From assembly GCA_964385285.1 (NCBI GenBank), contig CAYLOJ010000005.1:493-64492 (forward strand): DNA of 64,000 bases, in the 5' to 3' direction. The notes under the pieces are model-generated. The model was not told where the DNA came from and made no database searches. It saw only the letters and a list, made by a program, of their open reading frames with translations. Shown here piece after piece: positions 1 to 8,918 of this stretch. A program made the position numbers and the translations under genes. The stretch is from an uncultured Gammaproteobacteria bacterium (GTDB lineage: Bacteria; Patescibacteriota; Patescibacteriia; UBA9570). Numbering within the stretch: position 1 is the stretch's first letter; every line of letters begins with the position of its first letter.

Positions 1-333
1 AATGACGAAGATTTCTATATTACCTCTATCCGCGTGCGCGGAGATTTAGTAGAACCTAAGTTTTCTTGCCCAGAGATTGTGCAGATAGCTCAAGCCACTG
101 ACAAGACGCTAGAAGGGAATGCTATGTTATTTAGAAACGAGGAGCAATACTTGAGACGTACTGCAGATTATACTCCTGATCAGAATGATATGGTGGTGAG
201 GTTTTACAGTGAGCGCAAACCTTGTGCAGAGAATGGGATGCTCAGTGAGAGCTATAATGCTGTTTATGTTAGTATCACCACGGGAGAAATTGTACGCCAG
301 AGTAAAGAAGGCTGTCAGTTGATGATGGATTAA
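1..333 (+). CDS. hypothetical protein, 5'-truncated by window edge
   Basis: Frame 1 is open from base 1 (NDEDFYITSIRVRGD...) to TAA at 333; no recognised motif. Confidence 0.55.
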   Translation, partial: NDEDFYITSIRVRGDLVEPKFSCPEIVQIAQATDKTLEGNAMLFRNEEQYLRRTADYTPDQNDMVVRFYSERKPCAENGMLSESYNAVYVSITTGEIVRQSKEGCQLMMD

Positions 334-398
334 TAGTTTAGCCCCATTAAAATAGCACTTCAAAAAATGTTATGGACAATAATTAATCGATTACTACT

Positions 399-1763
399 AT
401 GGATACATCAAAATTAGGTTGGTTCGGCAAAGATAATTATCTGGTTATTAAATACATCGGTCTAGGCATTATCCTCTCGATGGGTATTGGATTTTTTAGT
501 TTAATCATGATGGCGGTTGCAGAGCGCCGCAGTGGTGTGACGTATAGTAATTACGAAGCGATTGGCTCTGTCTACAATGGCCCGCTCACGCAAAATTCAC
601 CGTCCTTAGCTGTACTAGATGAAGCTGAATCGATCTATCAAACGCGTAATCTTAACACTGCTAAAGCGCAAGAGTATCTACAAAATACCTCGCTCAGTTC
701 AACTTCTGGCCATGTGGAGATGACCGCAGAATTCGTGAAAAAAGGATTGACCTATCAGCCCACCTACCGCACTGCGTTTACTGCCGAATATGTGCTCAGC
801 AATGCGTTGGATGAATCAGCCGCTGTTTCATTCCGCTTTCCATTCCCGGCAGAAGCCAGTGGGAATGAAATTAGTAATGCGATTTTAACGGTAGATGGTG
901 TGGAAATTCCTGAGGCAAAAACGACAATTCCAGTAGAATCTGCCAACGTAGATAGTTATTATTATGATGACTACACTACTACGCCCGATGCCCTCGGTTT
1001 AGAATGGAATGGTGAGATTCCTGCTAAAGGCGATGTGACAGTAAAAGTAACTTACGACACAGTTGGTTTAGCGGTATTTACCTATGAAGGTATTGATAAT
1101 CCAAAAGGGGCACAGGATTTCTATTTCACAGCGCGTATTAATGGCATTCGTTCGTATGATGTTGCCCAAGGCTTATCGGTTGATCAACGGAAGTTTGGTG
1201 ATCATAATGTTGAACTTACTTGGGATAAGCCAGATCTCTATTCCAAACCAACGATCTCCGTTGCGATCGGGGATAAGGTCAATCCTTCGTTACAAGTGTC
1301 ACGGATCTACATCTTGATGTTGCCGATCTACATTGTCTTCATGGTTATTGTCTTATTCTTGGCATACAAGTTTGGACGTAAACCATTACCATTAATCGAC
1401 ATGTTCTTGTTTACCATCCTCTTTGTCTTGTTCTTCCCGTTACTGCATTATCTCTCTGGCTTTACCATTGATCCTACCATTGAGCTGTTTGCCAACATTG
1501 ATGCTGTGCCTTATTTCTCGATGCCGCTCTATGGAGCCTTTGCGATCGCTTGGTTGGTCATTGGTGGTTTACTGCTTTACCTGGTTGCACGCATTGAAGG
1601 GATGGCTTTCGCCGTTAAGTTTTTACTCCCTACCTTAGTGCTATTTTTAGGCTTCTTCCCATTAGTGGTCACTATTCCAGAATATTCTGTCTTGTTAGCA
1701 TTACTCGGTGTAGTGGCCCTCATGGTGATTATCATTCAAAGCCGTATTAAGCTAGCGCGCTAA
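399..1763 (+). CDS. CreD-like inner membrane protein
   Basis: N-terminal TM followed by ER, large soluble domain, about 5-6 C-terminal TM helices; topology matches the CreD family. Confidence 0.55.
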   Translation: MDTSKLGWFGKDNYLVIKYIGLGIILSMGIGFFSLIMMAVAERRSGVTYSNYEAIGSVYNGPLTQNSPSLAVLDEAESIYQTRNLNTAKAQEYLQNTSLSSTSGHVEMTAEFVKKGLTYQPTYRTAFTAEYVLSNALDESAAVSFRFPFPAEASGNEISNAILTVDGVEIPEAKTTIPVESANVDSYYYDDYTTTPDALGLEWNGEIPAKGDVTVKVTYDTVGLAVFTYEGIDNPKGAQDFYFTARINGIRSYDVAQGLSVDQRKFGDHNVELTWDKPDLYSKPTISVAIGDKVNPSLQVSRIYILMLPIYIVFMVIVLFLAYKFGRKPLPLIDMFLFTILFVLFFPLLHYLSGFTIDPTIELFANIDAVPYFSMPLYGAFAIAWLVIGGLLLYLVARIEGMAFAVKFLLPTLVLFLGFFPLVVTIPEYSVLLALLGVVALMVIIIQSRIKLAR

Positions 1764-1787
1764 CTAAATAATTGCTAGAATAGGGTT

Positions 1788-1910
1788 ATGAAAAGCGCAC
1801 TCAAAAACCAAGTAGGCATGAGCCTGACCAGCATGATTGCACTCGGCTTTGTAGCCGCAGTTGTACTCGTGTTCATCATTGGCTTAGTAGCTTACATGAT
1901 GAATCGTTAA
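1788..1910 (+). CDS. 40-aa single-TM peptide with class III (prepilin-like) leader
   Basis: MKSALKNQVG-MSLTSMIALGFVAAVVLVFIIGLVAYMMNR; TGC-TAGAAT lies 6 nt before the ATG; terminator follows. Confidence 0.6.
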   Translation: MKSALKNQVGMSLTSMIALGFVAAVVLVFIIGLVAYMMNR

Positions 1911-1924
1911 ACACGATTACTATA

Positions 1925-1964
1925 CAAAAATAGCCGTTTCTATTGACGAGACGGCTATTTTTTG
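1925..1964. terminator. intrinsic terminator, probably bidirectional
   Basis: AAAAATAGCCGT...ACGGCTATTTTT inverted repeat with A and T tracts. Confidence 0.75.
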
Positions 1965-2023
1965 TTAAGATTAAGCTATCGCGTCGCAAAAAAAGTAAAA
2001 TAAAAATCAGTAACAAAAAAATT

Positions 2024-2407
2024 ATGAGCGAGCCTCGTAGTGAACATCGTCCAATACCACCTCGAACTGAGGTCCGAAAGTTGTTATCGGATTCCCTATG
2101 GGAGCGTCATCCAATGGCGCCAAAGCCTGATCCAGCACAATTAGAAGAGAAGCGTGATGCCTTACTCGCAGCGAGTACGCCAGATGGTAAGCGCGTTCAA
2201 TTAATTGTAGAGGTGATGCGCAGTAAAGAATCCACTGGCTTTACAGTCACAGTGGAGCCGACGGGTGGTGCGATGACGGCTAATCCAGATTTACACGTGC
2301 GTTTTGAAGTAGCCGGTGCGGCCACTGTTCGGGACGGACTAAAACAACTCTTTGATAAAATGCGTGCAGCTGAATACTCTCCAGAGGTCAGCGGATTAGA
2401 TTTATGA
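2024..2407 (+). CDS. hypothetical protein (127 aa)
   Basis: ATG 2024 after an A-rich leader; stop overlaps the next start (ATGA). Confidence 0.6.
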   Translation: MSEPRSEHRPIPPRTEVRKLLSDSLWERHPMAPKPDPAQLEEKRDALLAASTPDGKRVQLIVEVMRSKESTGFTVTVEPTGGAMTANPDLHVRFEVAGAATVRDGLKQLFDKMRAAEYSPEVSGLDL

Positions 2408-3804
2408 ACAGACTAGGGGGAATAGTCGCGTGCGTGGCTAGTAGTTTTTTTGTCGCTTCGCAAGTGGCGGCGGCATCGTATCTGCACTCGCCAGAGGTAA
2501 AATTATTTACAGCTGAGGTTACAGATTTTTCTGAAGCGAAACATTTTTTTGCTTATGATCAAAGTTTCAACGGGGGAGGCAGCGTGGCCATTGCTGATTT
2601 AGGGAACGACAGTACAGCCGAAATTATTACGGCTGCTGGCTTGGGAGGGCGTGCGCAAATTCGCACGTTTCGCCTGGATGGTTCTTATATCCACCAGTTC
2701 TTTGCGTATGATCAATCAATGGCCGCTGGTGTTAATGTAGCCGCCGGTGATGTTGATGCCGATGGTAGTGCAGAGATTGTGACCGCTCCAAAAGCTGGCG
2801 CAGCTGCGCAAGTGCGGATATTTGATGGCGCTGGTCGGATTGATCAAACGGTTGGGTGGTTTCCCTTTGCTGAAGACTACAGTGGTGGAGTTAATGTGGC
2901 TGTGGGTGATGTTGATGCCGATGGCAAAGCAGAAATTATTGTGGGCAGTGGTGAGGGGATGGAGCCAACGGTCAAAGTGTTTAGTGCTACGGGTGAGCCT
3001 AAAGCCATTGATTTTTATCCATTTGCAAAGGATAGTCAGGGCGGGGTTTCCGTATCCGTCGGAAATGTTGACGCGGATGCAGCTATGGAGGTGATTACTG
3101 CTGTGCAACAATCTGGGGATGCTTGGGTAAAAATTTATGATTACAACGTAGAACGCACGATTGTAAAAGAGTTCAAAGTACTAGACGAAGGTTTTCAGGG
3201 AGGGGTCAATGTGGCTGCCGGTGATGTCGATGCCGACGGTGTCGCTGAAATTGTAGTAGCTGTGCATGGGAAGGGTGAGCCACAGGTCAAACTGTATGAG
3301 GCAGACGGCACAGAGATGAATCCGAGTTTTTTTGCTTACGATGAGACCTTTCAAGGTGGCGTGAATGTAGCGGTAGGGGCGGTGAATGCGGATGGTTATG
3401 CGGATATTGTGACCATGCCTAACCAGTTGAAACCCGAAGGCCGCACCACTGAACATCGCTATGTGCGCGTTGATCTGAGTGAACAACGTTTATATGCCTA
3501 TGAGGATGGTTATCTCATCAATACCTTTTTAATCTCCTCAGGCTTACCTGCCACACCTACGCCTCCAGGGGAGTACCATATTCAACGGAAGATTTATAAT
3601 AAACTATATTCAGGTCCGGATTATTACCTGCCAAACACCTTATATAATTTACAATTCCGGACGCACTACTATCTACACGGTGCCTATTGGCATCATAACT
3701 TTGGACACCCCATGAGCCATGGTTGTATTAACATTGCTTATGAAGATGCCGCCTGGATCTATGATTGGATGCAAGAGGGGGATTTAACCGTGATTGAAAT
3801 ATAG
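2404..3804 (+). CDS. secreted FG-GAP repeat protein with C-terminal L,D-transpeptidase (YkuD) domain
   Basis: Signal peptide; repeated GGVNVAxGDVDADGxAEIV; catalytic motif LHGAYW...SHGCINI. Confidence 0.88.
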   Translation: MNRLGGIVACVASSFFVASQVAAASYLHSPEVKLFTAEVTDFSEAKHFFAYDQSFNGGGSVAIADLGNDSTAEIITAAGLGGRAQIRTFRLDGSYIHQFFAYDQSMAAGVNVAAGDVDADGSAEIVTAPKAGAAAQVRIFDGAGRIDQTVGWFPFAEDYSGGVNVAVGDVDADGKAEIIVGSGEGMEPTVKVFSATGEPKAIDFYPFAKDSQGGVSVSVGNVDADAAMEVITAVQQSGDAWVKIYDYNVERTIVKEFKVLDEGFQGGVNVAAGDVDADGVAEIVVAVHGKGEPQVKLYEADGTEMNPSFFAYDETFQGGVNVAVGAVNADGYADIVTMPNQLKPEGRTTEHRYVRVDLSEQRLYAYEDGYLINTFLISSGLPATPTPPGEYHIQRKIYNKLYSGPDYYLPNTLYNLQFRTHYYLHGAYWHHNFGHPMSHGCINIAYEDAAWIYDWMQEGDLTVIEI

Positions 3805-3879
3805 CTTGAAGGATAAGCTATTTTTAGTTGCACATTATTTGATGTTTATGTAAATTATGCACGCACTTTGGAGGGATAG

Positions 3880-4776
3880 GTGCAGTACATTGTTCTCACG
3901 GTTGGTTCCTACTTGATCTTCAACCTCGGCGTCTGGTTCAGCACCCGAGGTGGAAGCGACTTTGCACTGCCGCTCGGCTACATGCTTGGGTGCACGTTCA
4001 TCCGCTTGCGGTTGGCCGGGCAAATCAAGCAGCAGGCGAATCACCCCATCCAGTGGTGGGTGGTCATCGGCAACACCGCTTCGATCCTGATCACGGCGAA
4101 CGCGCTGCGCTACGCCCATGCCCGCATCCCGCTCAGCCTCAGCATGGAGGCGGTCTACAACGGGCTGGCCATGGCGAGTTGGTTCGTTTTCCTGTTGCTG
4201 GGTCGCTACTGGCCGAGGCAGTTTAGCGATCAACCCAAGTGGTTCGATCTTGGCTGTCACGGTGTGATGTTCATGCTGGTGGTCACGCGCTTCAGCACCT
4301 ACGGTCAGTTCCACCTCACGGGTGATACCATCGTGGCACTGATCTGCGGCATCCTCGGCTACATCGGTGTCAACATCACCATCAAGCTGATGGCCGGGCA
4401 TCGCCTCAGCAGCGTTTACGGCATCCTCGGCGCGGCAGCTATCTTGCTAGGGGTGCAGATCACCAGTGGCCTTCATCACGAGTGGCATTGGAGTAGCGAT
4501 TCGATCATCAGCATACTGTTGGTGTCCATCGCCAGCTATGGTGTTCCAGTCTACCTGGCCGGTGCCTACGGGTACTTCAAGGGCCTCGCTTCGCTGGTAC
4601 CGCCTCTGGTCTACGATTCACTGCTGGTGGCCTCGCCGCTAGTGATGATCGTACGTCAGGAGTCCATCTCCTACTGGACGATCATCGTCGCCATCAACAT
4701 GCTGATCGTCACGGTGGTGCGCTACCTGTACCACACCGGCGGCTGGCGCAAGCTCAAGTCCAAGTTCCGAACGTGA
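3880..4776 (+). CDS. GC-rich multi-TM membrane protein, DMT/EamA-like
   Basis: About 10 hydrophobic segments in 298 aa; GGAGG SD before GTG; high GC3. Confidence 0.55.
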   Translation: MQYIVLTVGSYLIFNLGVWFSTRGGSDFALPLGYMLGCTFIRLRLAGQIKQQANHPIQWWVVIGNTASILITANALRYAHARIPLSLSMEAVYNGLAMASWFVFLLLGRYWPRQFSDQPKWFDLGCHGVMFMLVVTRFSTYGQFHLTGDTIVALICGILGYIGVNITIKLMAGHRLSSVYGILGAAAILLGVQITSGLHHEWHWSSDSIISILLVSIASYGVPVYLAGAYGYFKGLASLVPPLVYDSLLVASPLVMIVRQESISYWTIIVAINMLIVTVVRYLYHTGGWRKLKSKFRT

Positions 4777-4783
4777 GTGGCCC

Positions 4784-4852
4784 GGGGCGACCATCTTCGC
4801 CCCACCCCCCCCCTGAACCTAGCATTACGCTGGTAGGTTGAGGTGAGTTTTT
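4784..4852 (+). terminator. tandem hairpins followed by T tract
   Basis: GGGGCGA/TCGCCCC, then CCTGAACCTA/TAGGTTGAGG, then TTTTT. Confidence 0.55.
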
Positions 4853-4932
4853 CCCTGGACAATTTTTATAAATAGTTTACTCTGCTAGCGCTCAGTACGC
4901 TTAGGCGTTCACCCACTGAGTCGGAGTTTCCA

Positions 4933-5187
4933 ATGCTTCCTCCTGACACTAGTGTTTCTGCATACGACCCCGACGACGACTACACCACCGACTCCCAGGG
5001 CTGTGGCGCCGGCGGAACGCCGCCCCGCCTGCCCACCGTCGATCCGGACGACGAGTCCGACGACGTAGCGATCCCCGAACCCACGGTGATCGCTGCGGAT
5101 GGCGAGCCTGTCGACCCACCCGTCGTCGCTGAGGATGACGACGAGCCGGAGTCCGATGACCCCGCCTATTGGGGGCACCACGAGTAG
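4933..5187 (+). CDS. GC-rich acidic, Pro-rich 84-aa protein
   Basis: GGAG SD upstream; consistent GAC/GAG/CCC codon usage; hairpins on both sides. Confidence 0.55.
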   Translation: MLPPDTSVSAYDPDDDYTTDSQGCGAGGTPPRLPTVDPDDESDDVAIPEPTVIAADGEPVDPPVVAEDDDEPESDDPAYWGHHE

Positions 5188-5211
5188 CTACTGAGCTACG
5201 GAGGATGGCCA

Positions 5212-5274
5212 GGGGAGCGCACACGTGCTCCCCACCACTCTTGAATGTAACCATGCGTTGCTTTGAAGAGTGGT
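5212..5274 (+). terminator. tandem 3' hairpins
   Basis: GGGGAGC/GCTCCCC directly followed by ACCACTCTT/AAGAGTGGT. Confidence 0.5.
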
Positions 5275-5489
5275 CTAAACGATTTCTCGCTAAAGCGCAT
5301 GATGGTCATTGACTGGATGGCATTTTTTCAGTAATGTCTGAACGCTATATTGTTCTTTTGAGTTTAGAGAAAGATTATATTATGGATCATCAGCGGACAT
5401 GTGGTGAGCTAAGTGGAGATAATGACTATCTCTAGCTAGCTCACTACAGAGTTCGGATTCCACCGGACCTGTTTTCACATGGAGCGTTC

Positions 5490-6761
5490 ATGAGTCACCT
5501 GATCGGAGATCCTGCCATTGCTGCGTTGATCGCGGCGGAAGAAGAGCGCCAGCGCAACGACCTCGAGCTCATCGCTTCGGAGAACTACGTCTCTCCGGGC
5601 GTGCTCGCGGTCGTCGGCAGCATGCTCACCAACAAGTACGCTGAGGGTCTCCCCGGTAAGCGCTACTACGGCGGCTGCGAGGTCGTCGACAAGATCGAGG
5701 AGCTGGCCCGCGCCCGCGCCCTTCAGTTGTTCGGTCTGTCCGACACCAACTGGGGGGTAAACGTGCAGCCTCACTCCGGTGCCAACGCCAACCTGGCGCT
5801 GTACCTCGCCACCCTCCAGCCGGGCGACACGCTGATGGGGCTGAACCTCTCGAATGGGGGACACCTCACCCATGGATCCACCGCCAACAGCTCCGGCAAG
5901 CTCTACCGGGCCGTCTACTACGGCGTCAACGAGTCCGGCTACATCGACATGAACGAGGTCCGCGCGATCGCCCTGCGCGAGCGCCCGAAGCTCATCATGA
6001 CCGGTGCTTCCGCCTATCCGCGCACCTGGAACTTTGCCAGCTTCCGGGCCATTGCCGACGAGATCGGTGCCATCCTGGTCAACGACATGGCTCACATTGC
6101 GGGGCTGGTCGCCGCTGGGCTGCATCCGTCGCCGTTCGAGTACTGCGACTACGTCACGACCACCACACACAAGACCCTGCGGGGTCCGCGTGGTGGTCTC
6201 GGCTTCGCTCGCGGCAGCGAGAGGATCAAGGCCTACAACTCTGCGGTCTTCCCGGGTTCCCAAGGTGGTCCGCTCATGCACGTCATCGCCGGCAAGGCGG
6301 TGGCGTTCCACGAGGCGCTCCAGCCTGGATTCCAGATCTACCAGCAGCAGGTGCTCGCCAATGCCCAGGTGATGGCGCGCGTGCTCATGGATTGGGGCTT
6401 CGACCTCGTCTCCGGCGGCACCGACAACCACCTGATGCTGCTCGACCTCTCGAATCGCGACTACTCCGGCAAGGAGGCAGAAGCGATCCTCGGGCGGGCT
6501 GGTATTACCGTCAACAAGAACACCGTACCCAACGAGAAGCGCTCGCCCTTCGTCACCTCCGGGGTCCGCATCGGCACCCCGGCCATGACCACCCGCGGCT
6601 GCAACTCCACGGACGCGGTCGACGTGGCGAACTGGATCGCGGACGCTCTGGAGCATCGCACCGACGAGGCACTGCTCAGTCGTGTTCGTGACGAGGTCCA
6701 CAAGTTGATGGCCAATCGGCCGATTCCGGGCTTCAAAGGGCCGAAAGTCGACCACGAGTAA
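5490..6761 (+). CDS. glyA: serine hydroxymethyltransferase
   Basis: [33 protein letters not shown] lysine motif [25 protein letters not shown]. Confidence 0.98.
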   Translation: MSHLIGDPAIAALIAAEEERQRNDLELIASENYVSPGVLAVVGSMLTNKYAEGLPGKRYYGGCEVVDKIEELARARALQLFGLSDTNWGVNVQPHSGANANLALYLATLQPGDTLMGLNLSNGGHLTHGSTANSSGKLYRAVYYGVNESGYIDMNEVRAIALRERPKLIMTGASAYPRTWNFASFRAIADEIGAILVNDMAHIAGLVAAGLHPSPFEYCDYVTTTTHKTLRGPRGGLGFARGSERIKAYNSAVFPGSQGGPLMHVIAGKAVAFHEALQPGFQIYQQQVLANAQVMARVLMDWGFDLVSGGTDNHLMLLDLSNRDYSGKEAEAILGRAGITVNKNTVPNEKRSPFVTSGVRIGTPAMTTRGCNSTDAVDVANWIADALEHRTDEALLSRVRDEVHKLMANRPIPGFKGPKVDHE

Positions 6762-6815
6762 TTCCTGATCTTCTCTCTACTTCCACCCAGGAGGTGACCA
6801 TCATCTGATGGCCGC

Positions 6816-6882
6816 GAGGAGAGACCAGTACATCTCTCCTCAACGCCCTTGAGATAACCTAACTAGGTTGTTTGAAGGGCGT
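6816..6882 (+). terminator. tandem 3' hairpins after glyA
   Basis: GAGGAGAGA/TCTCTCCTC, then ACGCCCTT...AAGGGCGT. Confidence 0.55.
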
Positions 6883-6934
6883 GATAGAACCGATTCAGGT
6901 TGAGTTCTATAAAGTAAGATGTTATCATTCTGTC

Positions 6935-8353
6935 ATGAAAACTTCTTCCCAAGTATATTTAATCGTTAGCTGTTTAGCCGTAGCTACCCTGGCCCTACCC
7001 GCAACCACTTTAGCCTATGATTCCATGGGTCCAGAAGTGAAGGTCTTTGATCGTAGTCTTGCTGAAACCAACAGTTTTAATGCCTTAAATGGCACCTTTG
7101 AAGGCGGCTTAGATGTGGCAGTTGGTGATGTGGATGGTGATGGCGTAGATGAAATTGTGGTGGGAGCGGGCCGTGATGGTGGTCCAATGGTGCAAGTATT
7201 TGAAGGTGATGGTAGCTTAAAAGCGCAGTGGTTTGCCTATGATAGTAATCTGCGGACTGGTATCAAAGTAGCAGTCGGGGATCTCAATGGAGATGGTAAA
7301 GCTGAGATCGTTACAGGTGTCAGTGCTGGAGGCGGTCCTCAAATACGGATTTTTGATGCCAATGGGAAGAGTAAATTTGGTACGGGTTTTTTTGCCTTTG
7401 ATAGCAGTTTCCGTGGCGGGTGTGATGTGACGGTGGGTGATTTTAATGGCGATGGCAAAGCAGAGATTGCGGCTGCAGCCGGCCCAGGAGGAGACCCTCA
7501 TGTGCGTGTCTTTTCCAGAAAAGGTCGTTTTCTAGGTACAGAATTTCGTCCATTTGCGTCCGATAATAAAGGTGGAGTAGCCTTAGCGACGGCCAATGTT
7601 GATGGTGGCAGTGACGATGAACTGGTCATGTCCATTTACTCAGCCGGTGAAGATTGGGTGAAAGTATATAAAAACAATGGAACAATCTTGGGCGAGTGGA
7701 AGAATTTTGCAGGTCTGTATACTGGAGCGGTTGTCGCTGGTGGTGATATTGATAAAGATGGCAAGGATGAGGTAGCAGTGACACCACGCCAAGGAGCCGG
7801 ACCACACATTCAATTTTATGAAGGTCACGGTGCCTATACCGGCAAAAGTTTTTTTCCGTATGATTCAGATTTTCGTGGGGGTGTAAATATGGCCATGGGC
7901 GATGTAACCGGCGATGGCAAACTGGATGTCGTTACTGTGCCTGGTAAAAATCGCTCGGCTGGTCGAGTAGATCTCGTGCGTTACATTGATACAGATATCT
8001 CTGAACAAACTACGCGCGTATATGAATATGGCGAGCTTGTGCGAGAATTTAAGATCTCCTCGGGTGTGTCCGGTCATGAGACTAACCTCGGCACCTACTC
8101 TGTGCTGCAAAAAATTTACATGAAAGATTACAAATGGGAGTATGGTGAAAATGATCCTGACAACTACGATATTAAAGATGTAAAGTGGAATCTACTCTTT
8201 AATCCAACTGAACGGGAATATTTACACTACGCCTATTGGCATAATAATTTTGGTCACCCCATGAGTCATGGTTGTGTGAATATCAATGCTGAAAATGCTG
8301 AGTGGTTATACAATTGGGCTCAAGTTGGAGATCCAGTGATTATTCACAGTTAA
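6935..8353 (+). CDS. second FG-GAP repeat plus L,D-transpeptidase protein
   Basis: Start reassigned to MKTSSQ (signal peptide; TGT-TATCAT 6 nt upstream); VAVGDxxGDGxxEI repeats; YLHYAYW...SHGCVNI. Confidence 0.88.
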   Translation: MKTSSQVYLIVSCLAVATLALPATTLAYDSMGPEVKVFDRSLAETNSFNALNGTFEGGLDVAVGDVDGDGVDEIVVGAGRDGGPMVQVFEGDGSLKAQWFAYDSNLRTGIKVAVGDLNGDGKAEIVTGVSAGGGPQIRIFDANGKSKFGTGFFAFDSSFRGGCDVTVGDFNGDGKAEIAAAAGPGGDPHVRVFSRKGRFLGTEFRPFASDNKGGVALATANVDGGSDDELVMSIYSAGEDWVKVYKNNGTILGEWKNFAGLYTGAVVAGGDIDKDGKDEVAVTPRQGAGPHIQFYEGHGAYTGKSFFPYDSDFRGGVNMAMGDVTGDGKLDVVTVPGKNRSAGRVDLVRYIDTDISEQTTRVYEYGELVREFKISSGVSGHETNLGTYSVLQKIYMKDYKWEYGENDPDNYDIKDVKWNLLFNPTEREYLHYAYWHNNFGHPMSHGCVNINAENAEWLYNWAQVGDPVIIHS

Positions 8354-8356
8354 GGT

Positions 8357-8902
8357 ATGATTTGGCTATTCATTTTGTTGCTTCCGTTGGTTGCCCAAGC
8401 TGCTAATTTACCTCAGCCATCTGATGTAGTGTTTGTGCATGATGGCGTCTCTGAGGATAAACAAGACAGTTACAACTATATCTTCACTGTAGATGGTGAT
8501 GACAGAATTCACACTTGTCAGGCCAATCGCTGCAGCTTACTACCCTTTCGAGAGCAGGCGAGCGTAGCAGCTACCTTTTACCAGTTGCCCGAGGGCTATC
8601 AACGCGTCGCGGGGGTGGTTGATCAAGGCGTATTACAAGAATATGTGGCAGCAGCAGCGGCCCAGTATCGATTGACCGATTTAGAGACTGAATTGTCTGC
8701 TACCACCACAACGCGTAGCTATCATACGGTCACTATTCACACTGATGGTTCCTATGATCGCGATGCTACTTCCCAAGAGAGGAATTTAAAACCGGAGGAT
8801 GCTGACAGCAAGAATCGGTCTGTTTGGCTATGGTGGTTAGCTGGAGTCATAGTGGTGATGGGTGGTGGAGCGGGTTGGATATTGTGGAAACGCCGGAATT
8901 AA
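8357..8902 (+). CDS. exported protein with C-terminal membrane anchor
   Basis: Signal peptide ending AQA; C-terminal TM followed by WKRRN. Confidence 0.65.
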   Translation: MIWLFILLLPLVAQAANLPQPSDVVFVHDGVSEDKQDSYNYIFTVDGDDRIHTCQANRCSLLPFREQASVAATFYQLPEGYQRVAGVVDQGVLQEYVAAAAAQYRLTDLETELSATTTTRSYHTVTIHTDGSYDRDATSQERNLKPEDADSKNRSVWLWWLAGVIVVMGGGAGWILWKRRN

Positions 8903-8918
8903 CCTATACTAGCGCGGT

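Noticed and set aside
1943-2023. Lys-rich N-terminal extension of ORF 1943-2407
   Set aside because: Runs through the terminator and an A-rich leader; ATG 2024 is the more plausible start
2700-3420. Recurring GGTGATGTTGATGCCGATGG-like repeats as a CRISPR array or DGR
   Set aside because: In-frame degenerate FG-GAP coding repeats; no cas or reverse transcriptase gene, no adenine-specific variation noticed
5275-5489. ZTP (pfl), THF or glycine riboswitch upstream of glyA
   Set aside because: Consensus elements could not be matched by eye; kept only as an unassigned structured region
5475-6755. 426-aa antisense ORF over glyA, and similar shadow ORFs at 3835-4401, 4909-5254, 49104-49754 and 51626-52682
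   Set aside because: Expected by-product of high GC3 codon usage; the opposite frame carries the recognisable protein or the SD
6808-6852. 14-aa ORF after the orphan SD downstream of glyA
   Set aside because: ATG is 13 nt from GGAGG and sits within hairpins; no coding support
3835-6882. GC-rich block as an IS, prophage or integron cassette array
   Set aside because: No transposase or integrase, terminal repeats or attC-type ends recognised; misassembly cannot be excluded without reads
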